Part shown: one piece after another, positions 13,231-27,130 of the stretch
How positions within the stretch are numbered: position 1 is the stretch's first letter
Layout of the letters: each line of letters starts with the position of its first letter
From: Octopus vulgaris
Taxonomy: Eukaryota
Assembly: GCA_951406725.2 (NCBI GenBank)
Contig: OX597821.1
Location: forward strand, 102,362,001-102,426,000
DNA: 64,000 bases
Direction: 5' to 3'
Notes under the pieces: model-generated
The model's database searches: none
The model's input: only the letters and a program-made list of their open reading frames with translations
What the model was told of the DNA's origin: nothing
Translations under genes and position numbers: made by a program

Positions 13231-14098
13231 CTCCAACTCGATAAAATTTTTAAATTTTGCTACTTTATCCCAACATATTAAGAAGGAAGTGTGAAGAGGG
13301 ATCTTGATGAGCTGAAAAGACAAGTGAAGCCAGTCAGTGCAATCAACATCCAAAGATGCCGAAAAGATTCACATGGACGAGTCCGTATATCTGTTTTTGA
13401 CAAGTGTAATTAAGAGGAACCAGTTCACCGTTTACACCGGTAAGACTTAATTCTAGTTACACTTGTCATCTAGTAATCAATGAGTTCGTTTTCATGGCAA
13501 TTGGAACGTTTTCTCTGCAAGGATGGCCACGAAGATAAGAAAACTGCAACCAACTCTTTCTCTTGCACTACTACGGCTTAAAAACGCAATCGAGCTGAAT
13601 TGCTAGAAACAGCAGACAAATTTTCCCTATCATCCACCCTTATTGACTAGCAAGAATACATTCGCGAATGCAATCCTATATTGTGTCTCAAAAAGCTGGT
13701 TGGATGGTCACAACAGGAATTGTTTTGATCAGGGACGACATGGGGTTAAACATCAACAGCAAACAAAAGTGAATTTCAACGGTTAATAAAAAGAAAAAGA
13801 AACCCGATGTTTCCTTTCCTCTGATAATAAGCTTACTATTTTTTTTTTTTAATTAACAAGTGTATGTTAATAAATAAAAATGCCAAATTAAATTTGACTT
13901 ATGTTAAGTAATTCTACAAAGAGGGAAAATGGTAAAATATAAGGTAAATCTGGATGTATGACAAAAAAATAACGTGAAACTAAAATAACATGGACCTACT
14001 ATAACTTTAAAAAAAACAATACACATACACAAGTCAAATAGGTAGCCCTTACGAGGATTCTCGAAGTACTAAAAACCCCAGCAAATATCCCTCTAAAC

Positions 14099-14412
14099 CA
14101 GGGGTTCTCAACCATTTCTTTTTATCTTTGATTAGTATTTTATTCTGGTGGACCCCCATAGACATTTGATGTTTGACTAGTTTCATAGGAACTTCTTTAA
14201 ACATTTTCATTTTGTTTTTCACACATTAACTTGTGTAAATTGAACAATGTAAAATGTTAGAGAAAAAAACCTAGCTATTTCTTGCAATACATATCAATAC
14301 ACACATCTAATGCAAAGTTTTTTTCAGGGGCCCTTAAAATACTATTGTGGAGCCCCAGTTTACAATTTTGGACTCCCAACAATTTTGTATGGATCCCGGT
14401 TGAGAACCACTG
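14099..14412. mobile_element. hAT MITE nested in an older SINE-like repeat
   Basis: TIR CAG(G/T)GGTTCTCAACC; TSD ctctaaac / ctctaagc. Confidence 0.85.
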
Positions 14413-14569
14413 CTCTAAGCACACTCTTAGTTAAGAAAACGTGTAGCCCCAACATACACAAACATACAAATGGGATGGTCAAGGCTGGGACGGCTTTGAT
14501 TAAAATTAGGCCTGCTCGATCAGGGGTGATGGTGGTGGGAGCTAAATAACAATAACAATTTTGTCTTAC

Positions 14570-16330
14570 CTGAATTCATTTTCCCAAAACGGAAATATAT
14601 ATAACTTTCGGTAGTGGTTGGTGGGGGCGGGGAACTTACGTTTTTAGCTTTATCTTCTTTCGTTAGAAAATTAAATTTAAGAAGAAAATATCTTCAAATC
14701 CTGCCTTTTAAGTGAGGCTTTAAAAATGCTGTGAACATATACTTTCCCCATAATCACTTCATTTGCAGAAGCAAACAAATAAAACATTATCTCGAACTTA
14801 ATACCCGCAGACAATATATATAAATATGAATATAAAATATATAAACAATTAAACAACGTGAAGGGAAAATATGTAAACAAACAAAACAGCAAGAAAAAAA
14901 AAAAAGAAACCAACAAAAAACAAAACAAACAAACAAACAATAAATAAATAAATAAATAAAAAAAATTAAACAAAACCTCAACTTGCGATGTGACTGGAGC
15001 AGAAAGCGAACATATTCTAGGAAGAGAGAAACGAGTGAAAGGTTGGGGGTGTGGAGGAGGAGGAGGAGGAGGACATGTGTGTGTGTGTGTGTGTGTCTTT
15101 TCTCTTGACAGCTTGATTAATTATAAATGACCAGAGAGAGAGAAAGAGAGCGTGTGTGTGTGTGTGTGTGGCTAAAAGAAGCCGTCGGCTAACGATACAA
15201 CAGTCACTTTAATGATGGAAAAAGCGTTGTGTGTATGTATATATACACACACACACACATACATACATACACACTTCTGTGTGTAAGCAGACGGGACGAT
15301 TCTGCTGGTGTGAGCGAGATATTTGTGTGTGTGTACATGCGAAGGAGGTAAGCTAATATACACAGCATGGTGTGTTTACATGTTTCGTGGTATGTGCGTG
15401 CCCATCACTACTTTCATTGGACTTGTTAAAAGTTTTACTTTTTCTCTGTGTATATATATATATATATATATGCGTATATTTGATCGTGTATACTGCGAGA
15501 GGTATTTATGTATGTATGTATGGTCATGTGCATATATATACATTCTAGTTGTATATTTGCGATGTCTCTTCTTTTTTTCTACCCACCTTGCTTTCTCATT
15601 CATCCATTATACGACCATATGTGTGAACCCGTTAATAATGGCGTGTGTACATGTGATACATATCTTTAAGGTGTGCCACTTAACCTCTCACCCCGACTCT
15701 GTCTTTCTGGTATGTGCGTTTATGTTACCGAGCGATGTGTATATATATATATATATATGTGTGCGCGTGTGTGTGTACATATACATCTATGGTATGCATG
15801 CCCTTGAGGAAGCCCATCCTCCCAACCCTCGTCTTTGCCCCCCTCTAAACCATCTTCCATCTCTCGGCGATATATGCGCACGTGTGTATTTTAAAGCTTG
15901 TGCGACCACTTCGCACGGTAATTCATGTCGGTATGTGATCATGACTGTTTTCTCCATCAACCAGTCTGACAAGTTAAACACACTCTCACGCACGTACGTA
16001 CATGCGTATACATACACATACACACAGCTATCCGGCAGTGAAATAGAGAAAGTTTAAGAGGAATATGCAAATATGTTAAATTAGTAAATAATAAAATTAA
16101 ACTGACTAAAAACTACACCACCCTTTCCCTCTAACACATGCACGCACACACACACATACATGAGTAAGTGAACAAGCGAAAGAAAGTAGCACTCAAAACA
16201 TTTGAAAGAGTCACATATACTTTAAATCTGTTTGCCGGCATCTGTTGAGATGGATCTCACCTACGCGTCCACGAAACTTAAGTCATGTGGAGCCGAGCAA
16301 AACCCGTGTCTGCCACGCGGGCGTGTTTTC
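14570..16330 (-). promoter_or_regulatory. CpG-rich TE-free promoter-like island with two donors (14640 AAC|GTAAGT; 14570 ATGAATTCAG|GTAAGA)
   Basis: About 1.7 kb without SINEs, many CpGs, GC box at 14623-14632, two consensus donors, possible MNS- start. Confidence 0.5.
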
Positions 16331-16379
16331 TGTATATCTGTACATAAAGACGACCAAATAGTCTTCAGGGCACGAAATG

Positions 16380-16928
16380 TTTGGGAGCAAGGGGGGGGGG
16401 GGGGTGCAGTCGATTAGATCGACTCTAGTACACAACTGGTACTTAATTTATCGACCCCGAAACGATGATAGGCAAAGTCGACCTCGGCGGAATTCGAACT
16501 CAGAACGAAAGTGGATCCCGTAAAGTCAGACGAAATACCTATTTCGACAAGGGCTAAACACAGAGAGGACAAACAAGGACAGACAAACGGATTAGGTCGA
16601 TTAAATCGACCCCAGTGCGTAACTGGTACTTATTTAATCGACGAAAGGATAAGTCAATCGAATTTGAACTCAGAACATAGCGGCAAACGAAATACCTATT
16701 TCTTTATTACCCACAAGGGGCTAAACGTACAGGGGACAAACAAGGACAGACATAGGTATTAAGTCGATTACGTCGACCCCAGTGCTTAACTGGTACTTAA
16801 TTTATCGACCCCGAAAGGATGAAAGGCAAAGTCGACCTCGGCGGAATTTGAACTCACAACGTAACGCAGACGAAATACCGCTAAGCATTTCGCCTGGCGT
16901 GCTAACGTTTCTGCCAGCTCGCTGCCTT
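16380..16928 (-). mobile_element. Three serially nested Nin/Deu-domain SINEs
   Basis: Repeated family units joined at gacgaaatacc/aacgaaatacc. Confidence 0.8.
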
Positions 16929-17374
16929 AAGACGATCAAATATCAACTGAAGAGAGAAATGTGGTGTATAGGATTTATTTTTGGGCAAAAAATGGTTAAC
17001 AGTCAATAGGTCAGTCTTTGGAGGAACTTTGAAGTCATTTCTATGTAGAAAAGTAATGCCATGACTCGTTACGGGACCTCTGAGATTGGTGGTAAGCTTC
17101 ATCAAACTAGAGACCTGGCCTGGATATTAGTTGAGTGAACTCTACTAAAGGCATCCTGGGTACTCGGTGGTTTTTAACTGTTTGATGGATTAAGTCTTCC
17201 ATGCAAATGAACAATACTTTGATTTGAACTCAGAATGCAAGGATCCAGAACAAATACTGTAATGCATCTGGTCTGACAGTCTTAGTTCTGCCAATACACC
17301 ATCCTAGATTTGCACATTTTTTTGTGATGAGTATGGACAAGGGTAGCTAGGTAAAGAAGTGCCGATCTCTAACT

Positions 17375-17668
17375 GTGGAGGAAACCTGTGGAAGAGGTCA
17401 ACCCAGGAAGACAGTGAAGTATGATCTTTGAATGTTGAATCTCATGGAGTGATGACAAATGACTGAGACATTTGTTAATTTGCTGTGCTTGAGAAGGCAT
17501 ATCAAGAAAAATCATAGTTGTGGACGGTGTTGGTGACACGTAAAAGGCACCCAGCCATAGAAACCAAGCCAAAACAGACTGCAGCTTGGTGCAGTTCTTT
17601 GGCTTACTAGTTCCAGTCAAACCCTCTAAACCATGCCAGCATGGAAAATGGATGCTAAATGATGATGT
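17375..17668 (+). mobile_element. RTE 3' fragment
   Basis: ggaaacctgtggaagaggt (GTCGRG-like, as at 40740) plus the same tail. Confidence 0.65.
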
Positions 17669-17696
17669 GATTACACACAAACACATGACAAACTTA

Positions 17697-18104
17697 CTCT
17701 CTTTTACTTGTTTCAGTCATTTGACTGTGGCCATCCTGGAGCACCGCCTTTAGTTGAGCAAATCGACCCCAGGACTTATTCTTTGTAAGCTTAGTACTTA
17801 GTTTATCGGTCTCTTTTGCCGAACTGCTAAATTACGGAGACGTAAACACACCCACATCAGTTGTCAAGTGATGTTGGGGTAGGGGGGGGGGGGCAGACAC
17901 ACAAACACACACACATATATATGTATATATATATACATATATATGATGGGCTTCTTTCAGTTTCCGTCTGCCAAATCCACTCATAAGGCTTTGGTCGGCC
18001 TGAGGCTAGTAGAAGACACTTGGCCAAGGTGCCACGCAGTGGGACTGAACCCGGAACCATGTGGTTTGCAAGCAAGCTACTTACCACACAGCCACTCTTA
18101 CGCC
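17697..18104 (-). mobile_element. CORE-domain SINE, full length
   Basis: Head to tail present. Confidence 0.85.
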
Positions 18105-19594
18105 TAGGACTCGTTTTAGTTTCTATTTACTAAATCCATTCATAAGGCTTTAGTTAGCAGGACTATAGTAAAAGACTGGGGTGCCTTGCAGAGGCACTAA
18201 ATCCCAAACCATGAGGTTGTGAAGCAAACCTCTTAATCACACAGCCATACCTGCACCTATTCTCACAATATATGGATTAAGTAAAACTTAAAGAAAACTA
18301 GAGGAGTGGGGTGTGTGTGTGTGTGAAGGGAGAGGTGATTAACAAACATTACTACCACAAATATAGCTAAAACGAAAATGAAAAAAATGTCTTCAGTAAT
18401 GTGACAGTGGCAATAATAAAATTGGGTGGGTAGGGATCTCGCAGCCTGCCCTGTCCCTCCCTGTGTACAGCACATAAGTACAGGAATTCACATACGATGA
18501 CCCATGAATGTCACCACACTCACAGAGGTACAGAATGTAGTATAGTCAACAAAAGGAAGACCGTCAAATAACAGCAGAGCACTCAATGACAGAATGTTTT
18601 TGTTTTAAAATTAAGAATATGTCAGTTGTTTATAAAAAATATATTTTGGAATTGCAATGAAGACTATGTCTTATGTTATAAAACTCTGACATTTAAATCA
18701 CAACAAGCTACAAGAAGGACCAACAGACAAGCTTCTGCAAGGCTACACAGCCCAACAGAGATGCTGGGGCAACACCTTGAAGGGTTTTAGTTGAACAAAT
18801 TGCCTCTAGTATTTGTTTTATTTAAATTTTGGTACCTATTCTAGCAGTCTCTCTTGCTGATCTACTAAGACACAGGGAAGTAAACAAACCAATATTGATT
18901 GACAAGAGAGGGGAGAAGTTGGCAAACAGACAGAAAGACAGACACACACACAAACTGCAGGCTTCTGTCTGCAAAATTCACTCACAAGGCATTGGTTGGC
19001 TGAAGGCTATAGGAGAACACACATATCCAAGGTGCTGCACAGTGGGAGTAAACTCAAAGCCATGTGGTTGCAGAGTGAGGCTATTATTTCTAGCAGAACG
19101 AACAACCACATAATAGTGCCCTTGGCTTGTATGTGTCAGACTTGTCACTATGGCTGTCACATAGCAGAGTCCAAGCAACAATAAACACATGTTGTCATTT
19201 ATTGGTTCCCTGGCAGCTGCTGAACAGCATAAATTCATTGATTTATGCTAAATAAATAAATATTAGCTTTTGTAATAACCTCATTCTCATCCAGTGAAGA
19301 AGCACCACTTATTATGCTAGTAAAAAAAAAAAAAAAAAATCCCTTTGATTATCCACAAAGCCCAAATTATTCTATAGCGTAAAGGTAAGGCTAACTGGAT
19401 CATTTATCCCGAATAGGTGCTGGTGTGGCTTTATGGTAAGAAGCTTGCTTCCCAACCACATGGTTTCAGGTTCAGTCTCACTGTGTGGCACCTTGGGTAA
19501 GTGTCTTCTACTATGACCTTGGGCTACCCAAAGCCTTGTGAGTGGATTTGGTAGAAGGTAACTTAAAGAAGCCTGTTGTGAGTGTGTGTGTGTG

Positions 19595-19652
<58 letters not shown>

Positions 19653-19653
<1 letters not shown>

Positions 19654-19888
19654 TGTTGCTATAATGCAAAAGTGTTGTAAGTCCCAAATGTTACTTTTTC
19701 AGAAAACAAAAAAAGTTTCACTATTCTATAGCAAAACCATTGTATAAAACTTTGATAGTGTTCAATATCTTGGCATCTGAAGCAGTTGAGCAAACGAACC
19801 CGCTATTGCAAGCAAAATTAAATATTGAAAAAAAAAAAAAAGCGCATTTCACCTATTTGGACACAACAGTTTAACATAATAGCAACTA
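19653..19888. mobile_element. MITE in a (TA)n tract
   Basis: Imperfect inverted ends gttgctataatg...tgttgt / acaaca...cataatagcaac. Confidence 0.5.
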
Positions 19889-19899
19889 TATATATACAT

Positions 19900-21030
19900 A
19901 GTTAAAATTTACAGAAAAACGAAGACAGGTGTATAAACAACAAGCAGGTGTATTAGTTTGACAATCGAGAAGGTGAAAAAGTCTTTTATGTTTCGAGCTT
20001 ATGCTCTTCAACAGAAAGGAACACGAGGAAATAAACAGAGAGAGAATTAAAAAAAACTTGTAGAGTTAGTCAATCATGGTGACTGGTTGGACAAAGGTGG
20101 TTAGACAGGAGAGCTAGGAAGAAGGGGAGATAATAAAGTACTGGTGATCCCCAAACGACAGTGCATGTGGATAGGAGCTGGTGACTTTGATGTGTGGATG
20201 TGTAAGTATGTGCATCTGTAATGTGTGGGTGTATGGATGATGGTGTGGGTGCTGGGAAGTGGTCAGTGCTAGTTTGTGCAGAGTGGTGTGTGGGGGTGAA
20301 TGGAGAGGGTATCAACGAAGGGAGAAGGTGAGTAGGGGTGAAGAGAGGAAAGGGAGTCAGATGAAAAGGGGAGGGGAGTTGAGCCCATGTGGTGCAAAGG
20401 AGCAAAGAGAGATGATTAATTCCTGTTCATGGCAAAGGCAGGAGTCTAGATGGCCCCAATACAAAGACAATACGAACACAGACAGATGTAATGAATGACC
20501 GGTAGAGCGGAAATGGCATGAGACCAGGGTGTCAATGGCGAGTCCAATGTCTTGGATGTGTTCTGTAAACTGGTCAGCCAAGTGTTGTTCCATTTGATTG
20601 GTATACAGTGAAGGACAGAAAGAGGAGATGCAGTAAATGACGTTGCTAGAAGTGCAGGTAAAGGAGTCTGATATGATAGGGGCAATGATGGGTGCCTGTG
20701 AGGATGGTGGTGTTGGAGAGGTAGGGGCAAGTGCAGCAGTGTGGGTGGGAGGAGGGGGTGAGGCAGGTTGGGAGGTGGGAATAGGGAGGAAACTGGACCA
20801 GGAGGCCACGTAGGTTGTGGGCTTGTTTGAAGGAGGGAAGGGGTAGGTCGGAGAAGATGTGCAAAGTGGAGGGGTTGGACTAGAGTCACCAGAAGGCTTG
20901 GAGATGGTGCGTTGGAGGGGAAGGGCAGAGGGGTGGTAGGTGAGGGGAAATGGGAGACAGGCAACAGCGGCGCAGATGTGAGCAGAGAGAGCAGAGGCAT
21001 GGTCCGTGGAATTCTGCCAAGCATCTTGCC
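19900..21030 (-). mobile_element. Penelope-like retroelement remnant (Zn-linker, GIY-YIG endonuclease, pLTR-like tail)
   Basis: Translations IFSDLPLPSFKQAHNLRGLLV...CCTCPY and FTCTSSNVIYCIS...LY...LADQFTEHIQDI...HF...GHS...EQELIISL...APHGLN match the PLE C-terminus; frameshifted. Confidence 0.85.
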
Positions 21031-23053
21031 AGGCATGATAACAATTCTGCCAGCTCTCCATCTTCAACTTAATCTTTTGATAAATTCGAGTGATGTTTCT
21101 CTGTCCATTATGTTTTTTTGTTCATTAACTCCTCCTAGAATGTTGGCGTAAAGACAACGAAACTCAGATCAGCAGTTTCCCTAATCCCAGAGAGTGTCCA
21201 AAGGGGGTCTATTATTTTAAGGGCCCTACTGACCCCACTATTTTTACTTCATTTTAAACTAAATATATGGTACTGGCGACTGAATCAGAGCAATGACAAT
21301 GAATTTCATACCATGAAATCCCAGGGAGGGCCATTTAACTAGGGCCCCACTGACCCCCACTTTTTTAATGCATTTCCCTTGCTACTACACTTATTGATTA
21401 AACTATGATCAGTATCAGTGCTTAGCACAATTGCAGAAATAAGTTTGGGCATTCTAAATACCTTCACACACATTCAAATTGAGATAAAGAGTTATAACAG
21501 GTATATTTCATGTGTAGCAGTGTGGATATGTATATTTTGTGGTTTATGATACTTATGTCTAGGTGGAAGACTAAATTTCCTGTTCCGGTTACAGTATCTC
21601 CCTAAAAAGTTGTAATAGAAGATAGAAGGAGATTGAGATGAAATGGATCCTATTCATTTTATCTCAATCTCATTTTAATATTTTTTTTGGAAATGATGAA
21701 GCGATGGAAAAATTATGATAGCAACATTTCACTTGCTTAGAACGAATGGAGGTTCAAGTTTAAAACTATGAAGCGAATTAATTACTATAGTGGATTTAGA
21801 AGCACATGTAACTCCGTGAAAGTGTTGCAAACTTTCAATGTGAGAATAAAAAAAAAAAAAACATAAACAAAAAAAAAACAAACATAGAAAATGGATACCA
21901 GAGGCCTTAAAGATGCCCTCCGCAGGATCTAGCCTGAATGCTGCTCGAAGGACGGCTTCAAATTTTGGGGGAGGGGACTAGTTGATTACATCAATCTCAG
22001 CGGAATCTGAACTCAGAACGTAGTGGTAGATGAAATACTGCTAAGCATTTTGCCAGGCGTGCTAATGATTCTGTCAGTTTGCTGCCTTTAATAATAGTAA
22101 TAATAATAATAATAATTGTTACAAATTTTGGCACAAAGTCAGCATTTTTAGCGGGAGGGGTTAGTTGATTAATTTTAATAAATAGGTGCAAACGTGGGTT
22201 TTTCGGTAAGGTTTGCTTCTCAGCTGCATGGTTCCCAGTTCAGTCCCACTGCGTGGCACCTTTGGAAAGTATCTTCTACTATAGCCACAGACCAACCAAA
22301 CCCTTGTGAGTGGATTTGGTAGACGGAAACTATAAGAAACTTGTCATATATACACATATGTGTGTGTGCGTCCCGTCCCCCACCTGACAAGTGGTGACGG
22401 CTTGTTAATGTCCCCTATTTCAGAGGTCTGGAAAAAGAAACAGGATATTAGGCTTAAAAATATATAATGGGTCAATCTGTTCGACTAAAACCCTTCAAGG
22501 CGGAGGCCTCAGTCATAACTGAAACAAGTAAAAGGGTGAAAAGGCGAAGTCACTCCCAGTCGAGTTTTGAACTGAGAAACCTAAGTGTCCCCTCACTCAC
22601 TTCCCACAACAACTACAAACGTTTTCTTACATAATTCCACACGATGCTGCTCAATTAATCGAGGAAATCTCATAACGTTTACTCTCCACTTAAGTTACAA
22701 GTTTCAATAAAAGAAAAAGAGAACAGAATAAAGGGAAGACACAGATTTGTGATTAATTACGAGTTGCTTCCCTTGTCCTCCATTTACTTTACAACATGGA
22801 AAAAAATGTGAAGTCGACGAGAGCGCGTCGACGTTGTTGAACTTGCTAGAAATAGCAACTAAAACTACCTTAAATCATTTTTTTTAACGTCTTAAAAATA
22901 TTATGTAGGATAATGTAATTCTGGTTTTCTAATGTACTTGAAGGTCTTATGTAGTCGTTCGACCAAGCTGAAATGAAAGTCAAATCACATCCTGCGCCTG
23001 TTTTTTTTTTTTTTATTTTAAAGAAAAACGGTGAAGGCAAAGAATACACATAC

Positions 23054-23310
23054 CTGGTGTTTAGGGTTATGCCCAAAAACCGGTGGTGTGCGTATTCTTT
23101 ATTCCTCCGTGAAAAAAAAAAAAAAAAAAAAAAAAAACCCGAAGTAAGATTACATTAGTAGTCCTAGATATTCTGCCCGAGTAAAAGACGAAATAATCAT
23201 TACGACTAATATTACTGATGCGTTGCTTACAATGAGAATGATAGAGTCAAAATGCTATCAAACAAGAAGGGGCTTGACATAAGAATAAGAAAAGAAGAGA
23301 GAAAAAAATG
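23054..23310 (-). other. Candidate non-coding first exon
   Basis: Donor CAG|GTATGT at 23054/23053 inside a CpG-richer zone (about 22550-23300). Confidence 0.35.
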
Positions 23311-23324
23311 TTATCTACAATAAT

Positions 23325-24368
23325 AATTTAATATTTTGGTACAAGGGCACCCAATTCCGGAGGAGGGTTTAAGTTGATTACATCGACCCCCCCAGTGTTC
23401 AACTGGTACTTAATTTATCGATCATGAAAGGATGAAAGGCAAAGTCAATCTCAGCGGAATTTTGAACTCAGAACGTTAAGACAGATGAAATGTCGCTAAG
23501 CATTTTCCCCAGCATATTAAGCCCACTACCTTAATAATAATAATAATGATAATAATTTCCAATTCTGGCTCAAGATTAGCAATTTCAAGGGAGGGGGTAA
23601 GTCGATTACACCGACCCCAGTGTTCAACTGGTACTTATTTTATCGGCTCCAAAAGGATGAAAGGCAAAGCTGACCTCAGCAGAAATTTGCCTTTCATTTC
23701 TTCAGGGTCAACGAAATAAGTACCAGTGAAACAGTAATTGAGCTGTACTTTTTGGTTATCTCACCCCCATTAAAAATTTTGGGGTGAGATAACCAAAAAG
23801 TACCGAGCTGTAGTTGTCAGGTACATGGTTTGATCTGAGATCGTGCATTGAAACTGAAGTAACTGTACAAAGGAAGAGATATTTTAGTCATTTAACCCTT
23901 TTATTATCTGTATATCTTTTTATGTAATATATAATTGATTATAGGGTGGCAAGCTGGCAGAATTGTTAGCATGCTGGGCGAAATGCTTAACGGTATTTCG
24001 TCTGCCGCTATGTTCTGAGTGAAAATTCCGCCGAGGTCGACTTTGCCTTTCATCCTTTCGGGGTTGATTAAATAAGTACCAGTTACGTACTGGATCGATG
24101 TAATCGTCTTAATCCCTTTGTCTGTCCTTCTTTGTCCCCTCTATGTTTAGCCCATTGTGGGCAATAAAGAACTAAGAAACGTTAGCATGCCAGGCGAAAT
24201 ACTTAGTGGTATTTCAGCTGTCTTTACGTCATGAGTTCAAATTCCAAAGTCGACTTTGCCTTTCATCCTTTTGGGGTCGATAAATTAAGTCCCAGTTGTG
24301 TACAGGGATCGATCAAATCAACTGGCTCCTTTCCCCCAAATTTCGGGCCTTGTGCCTAGAGTAGAAAA
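23325..24368. mobile_element. Cluster of Nin/Deu-domain SINEs (two minus at 23325-23690, two plus at 23944-24368)
   Basis: Family match. Confidence 0.8.
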
Positions 24369-25328
24369 CCATATATCTGTTACTGACTTTGTTTCAATTA
24401 ATTCCAAAAATAATGAAGGATTTAGTAAATGACAATGACAAATTATCCTTTCACAAAAGGATAATCTGTCATTTATTAGGCTGGTATTTGGGGCATAAGT
24501 TAAATTTTTAAACAGAATGTTTGTATCATAGAAACAGAAAGCTTAGGTTTTTACAGACAGGTAAGTTTACTTTTGGTTTATTTTTAAAAAATTTATTAAT
24601 ACTTGGGTGACTAATCATTGACACAATTCCACTACAATAAGAAATAGAGCATTTGCTCTATTAATGAAAAGAAAAAAAAAAAGCATGTACAAAAACGTAA
24701 TAGGTCTCCTATGAGGCATAATGCATAATCTAGAATAAAAGAAAGTTATGTATTGCTCAACCGAGCAATACACAACTTTCACAGTATATATTCTATGTAA
24801 TTACCTCCCAATATGATAAAAGCTTAAGGTGGTGAGCTGGCAGAATCGTTAGCATGCCGAGCGAAATGCTTAGCGGTATTTTGTCTGCCATTACATTTTG
24901 AGTTCAAATTCTGCAGAGGTTGACTTTGCCTTTCATCCTTTTGGGGGGTCGATTAAATAAGTACCAGTTACACACTGGGGTTGTTTGTCCCCTTTATGTT
25001 TAGCCCCCTGTGGGCAATAAAGAAATAAATATGATAAAAGCTTTCACAATAAACAGGAGCAACACTAAAATGATGCAAGAAACAAACAGACTTCAGAAAG
25101 AAGCAGACCAGGTTTGTACTATGACATTATTGAAGACAAAATGATAATGAAGATTTATGATGATGAGGATAATTTGGAGCACAAAGTATGATAAAAAATA
25201 TGAACAAAATCATAAAAGCCATACCAGGTTAACTCATAAAATTGTAACCCAATAATGTAACAACCTATACAACAAAAACGTTACACTGGTGGTTCCTAAA
25301 CCTATTTTGTTACTCTTACTCTCTTTTA

Positions 25329-25700
25329 ACTCTTTTATTTGTTTCAGTCATTTGACTGCGGCCATGCTGGAGCACCGCCTTAAGTCGAGTAAATCGACCC
25401 CAGGACTTATTCTTTGGAAGCCTAGTACTTATTCTCTCGGTCTCTTTTGCCGAACGGCTAAGTTAATGGGAAGTAAATACACTACCATCAGTTGTAGAGT
25501 GATGTTGAGGGTCAAACAGACACACAAACATATACACACACATACATATATACGACAGGCTTCTTTCAGTTTCTGTCTACTAAATCCACTCACAAGGCCT
25601 TGATTGACCCGAGGCTATAGTAGAAGACACTAGCCCAAGGTGCCAAGCAGTGAGAATGAACCCAGAACCATGTGGTTGGTAAGCAAGCTACTTACCACAT
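25329..25700 (-). mobile_element. CORE-domain SINE
   Basis: Family match. Confidence 0.8.
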
Positions 25701-26489
25701 GGAACTTTTATACAATTTTCCCAAAAATTGTGGAACTCATACTGCATTTTACAGACACTCCCCACCACTCTCATTTTGAAATGACATTAAATGAAACCAT
25801 ACTGTTTTACAGTTGACACATTTATTTATATATGTTTATATATATATATGAAAGGATCTTTGGATGCGGGGCCTGACTGAGGAAATAACAAGGGATTGGC
25901 AGATGATTTGAGAAGACATGTCAAACTAAGTAAAACTGTTGTTTTCCACTCATACAAGCTTGTCTTTTCAGGGGACAGTGCCACATAAAAAGCACCTATG
26001 TTGGTGCAGCAAAAGCACGCCCATGCTGGTGCCACGTAAAAGGCATCCAAGCACACTGTCAACTGGTTGGTGTTAGGAAGGGCATCCAGCCATAGAAACC
26101 ATGCCACAACAGACAATTGGAGTTTGGACAGCTCCCAGCTGGCCAGCTTCAGGTCAAACCGGCCATTCCAGCATGGGAAATGGACGATTATGATGATGTT
26201 GATGGAATCTCCTGTTCATGACAAATAATGAGTGTTCAGTTTTTGCTGAATGACCTAAATGTAGGTACTGTACAGCAGCTCAATACCTACATCAAATTGA
26301 CATTACCTTTACAGGTGCACAAGTGTTCCACATGTGATATGTCGGAATGATCGCAGAGCAAAGTGAGACGGAGTGCTTTGTTCAAGAATGCAACATGCTG
26401 CCCAATCTGGGAATCAAAATCCATGATTTAGGGATTGTGGGTGCAACACCCTAACCACTAGGTATCACACTTCATGCATACATATGTAT

Positions 26490-26813
26490 TCTCTTTTCCT
26501 TGTTTCAGTCACTTGACTGTGGCCATGCTGAAGCACCGCCTTTTTAGTCAAAGAAATCGACCCCAGGACTTATTATTTGTAAGTGTGGTACTTATTCTAT
26601 CGGCCTCTTTTGCTGAACCGCTAAGTTACGGGGATGTAAACACATCAACATTGGTTGTCAAGTGACAACACACACACAAATATATATATATATGATAGGC
26701 TTCTTTCAGTTTCCATCTACCAAATCCACTCATAAGGTGCTACACAGTGGGACTGAACCCAGAATCATATGGTTGGGAAGCACCCTTCTTACCACACAGC
26801 CATTCCTGTGCCT
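26490..26813 (-). mobile_element. CORE-domain SINE with internal deletion
   Basis: Family match. Confidence 0.8.
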
Positions 26814-27073
26814 ACATGTGTGTGTGTGTGTATAAGGTTGATTTTTTATATCTTTTTTAGGATTGCTTGAAGCTCACTAACTTCCTGCACCTTGATCCTT
26901 GGATCTCACCTTCACACACACAAACATACACAGTTTAAATGTACAGAAAACAAAAGAGGGAACAACAAGCAGGTGTATTAGTTTTATGCTCAGGAAGAAT
27001 GGAAAAGTTTTTGATGTTTTGAAAGGGATGAGAGGAAACAAATGAAGAGAGAGAAAAAATGTGTTGGGATATG

Positions 27074-27130
<57 letters not shown>

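Noticed and set aside
15323-16057. 244-aa plus-strand ORF
   Set aside because: Built from TA/TG microsatellite translation (YIYI, CVCV); no domain; lies in a promoter-like region
21693-21940. C-box-like ATGATGA (snoRNA?)
   Set aside because: No suitably spaced D box or terminal stem
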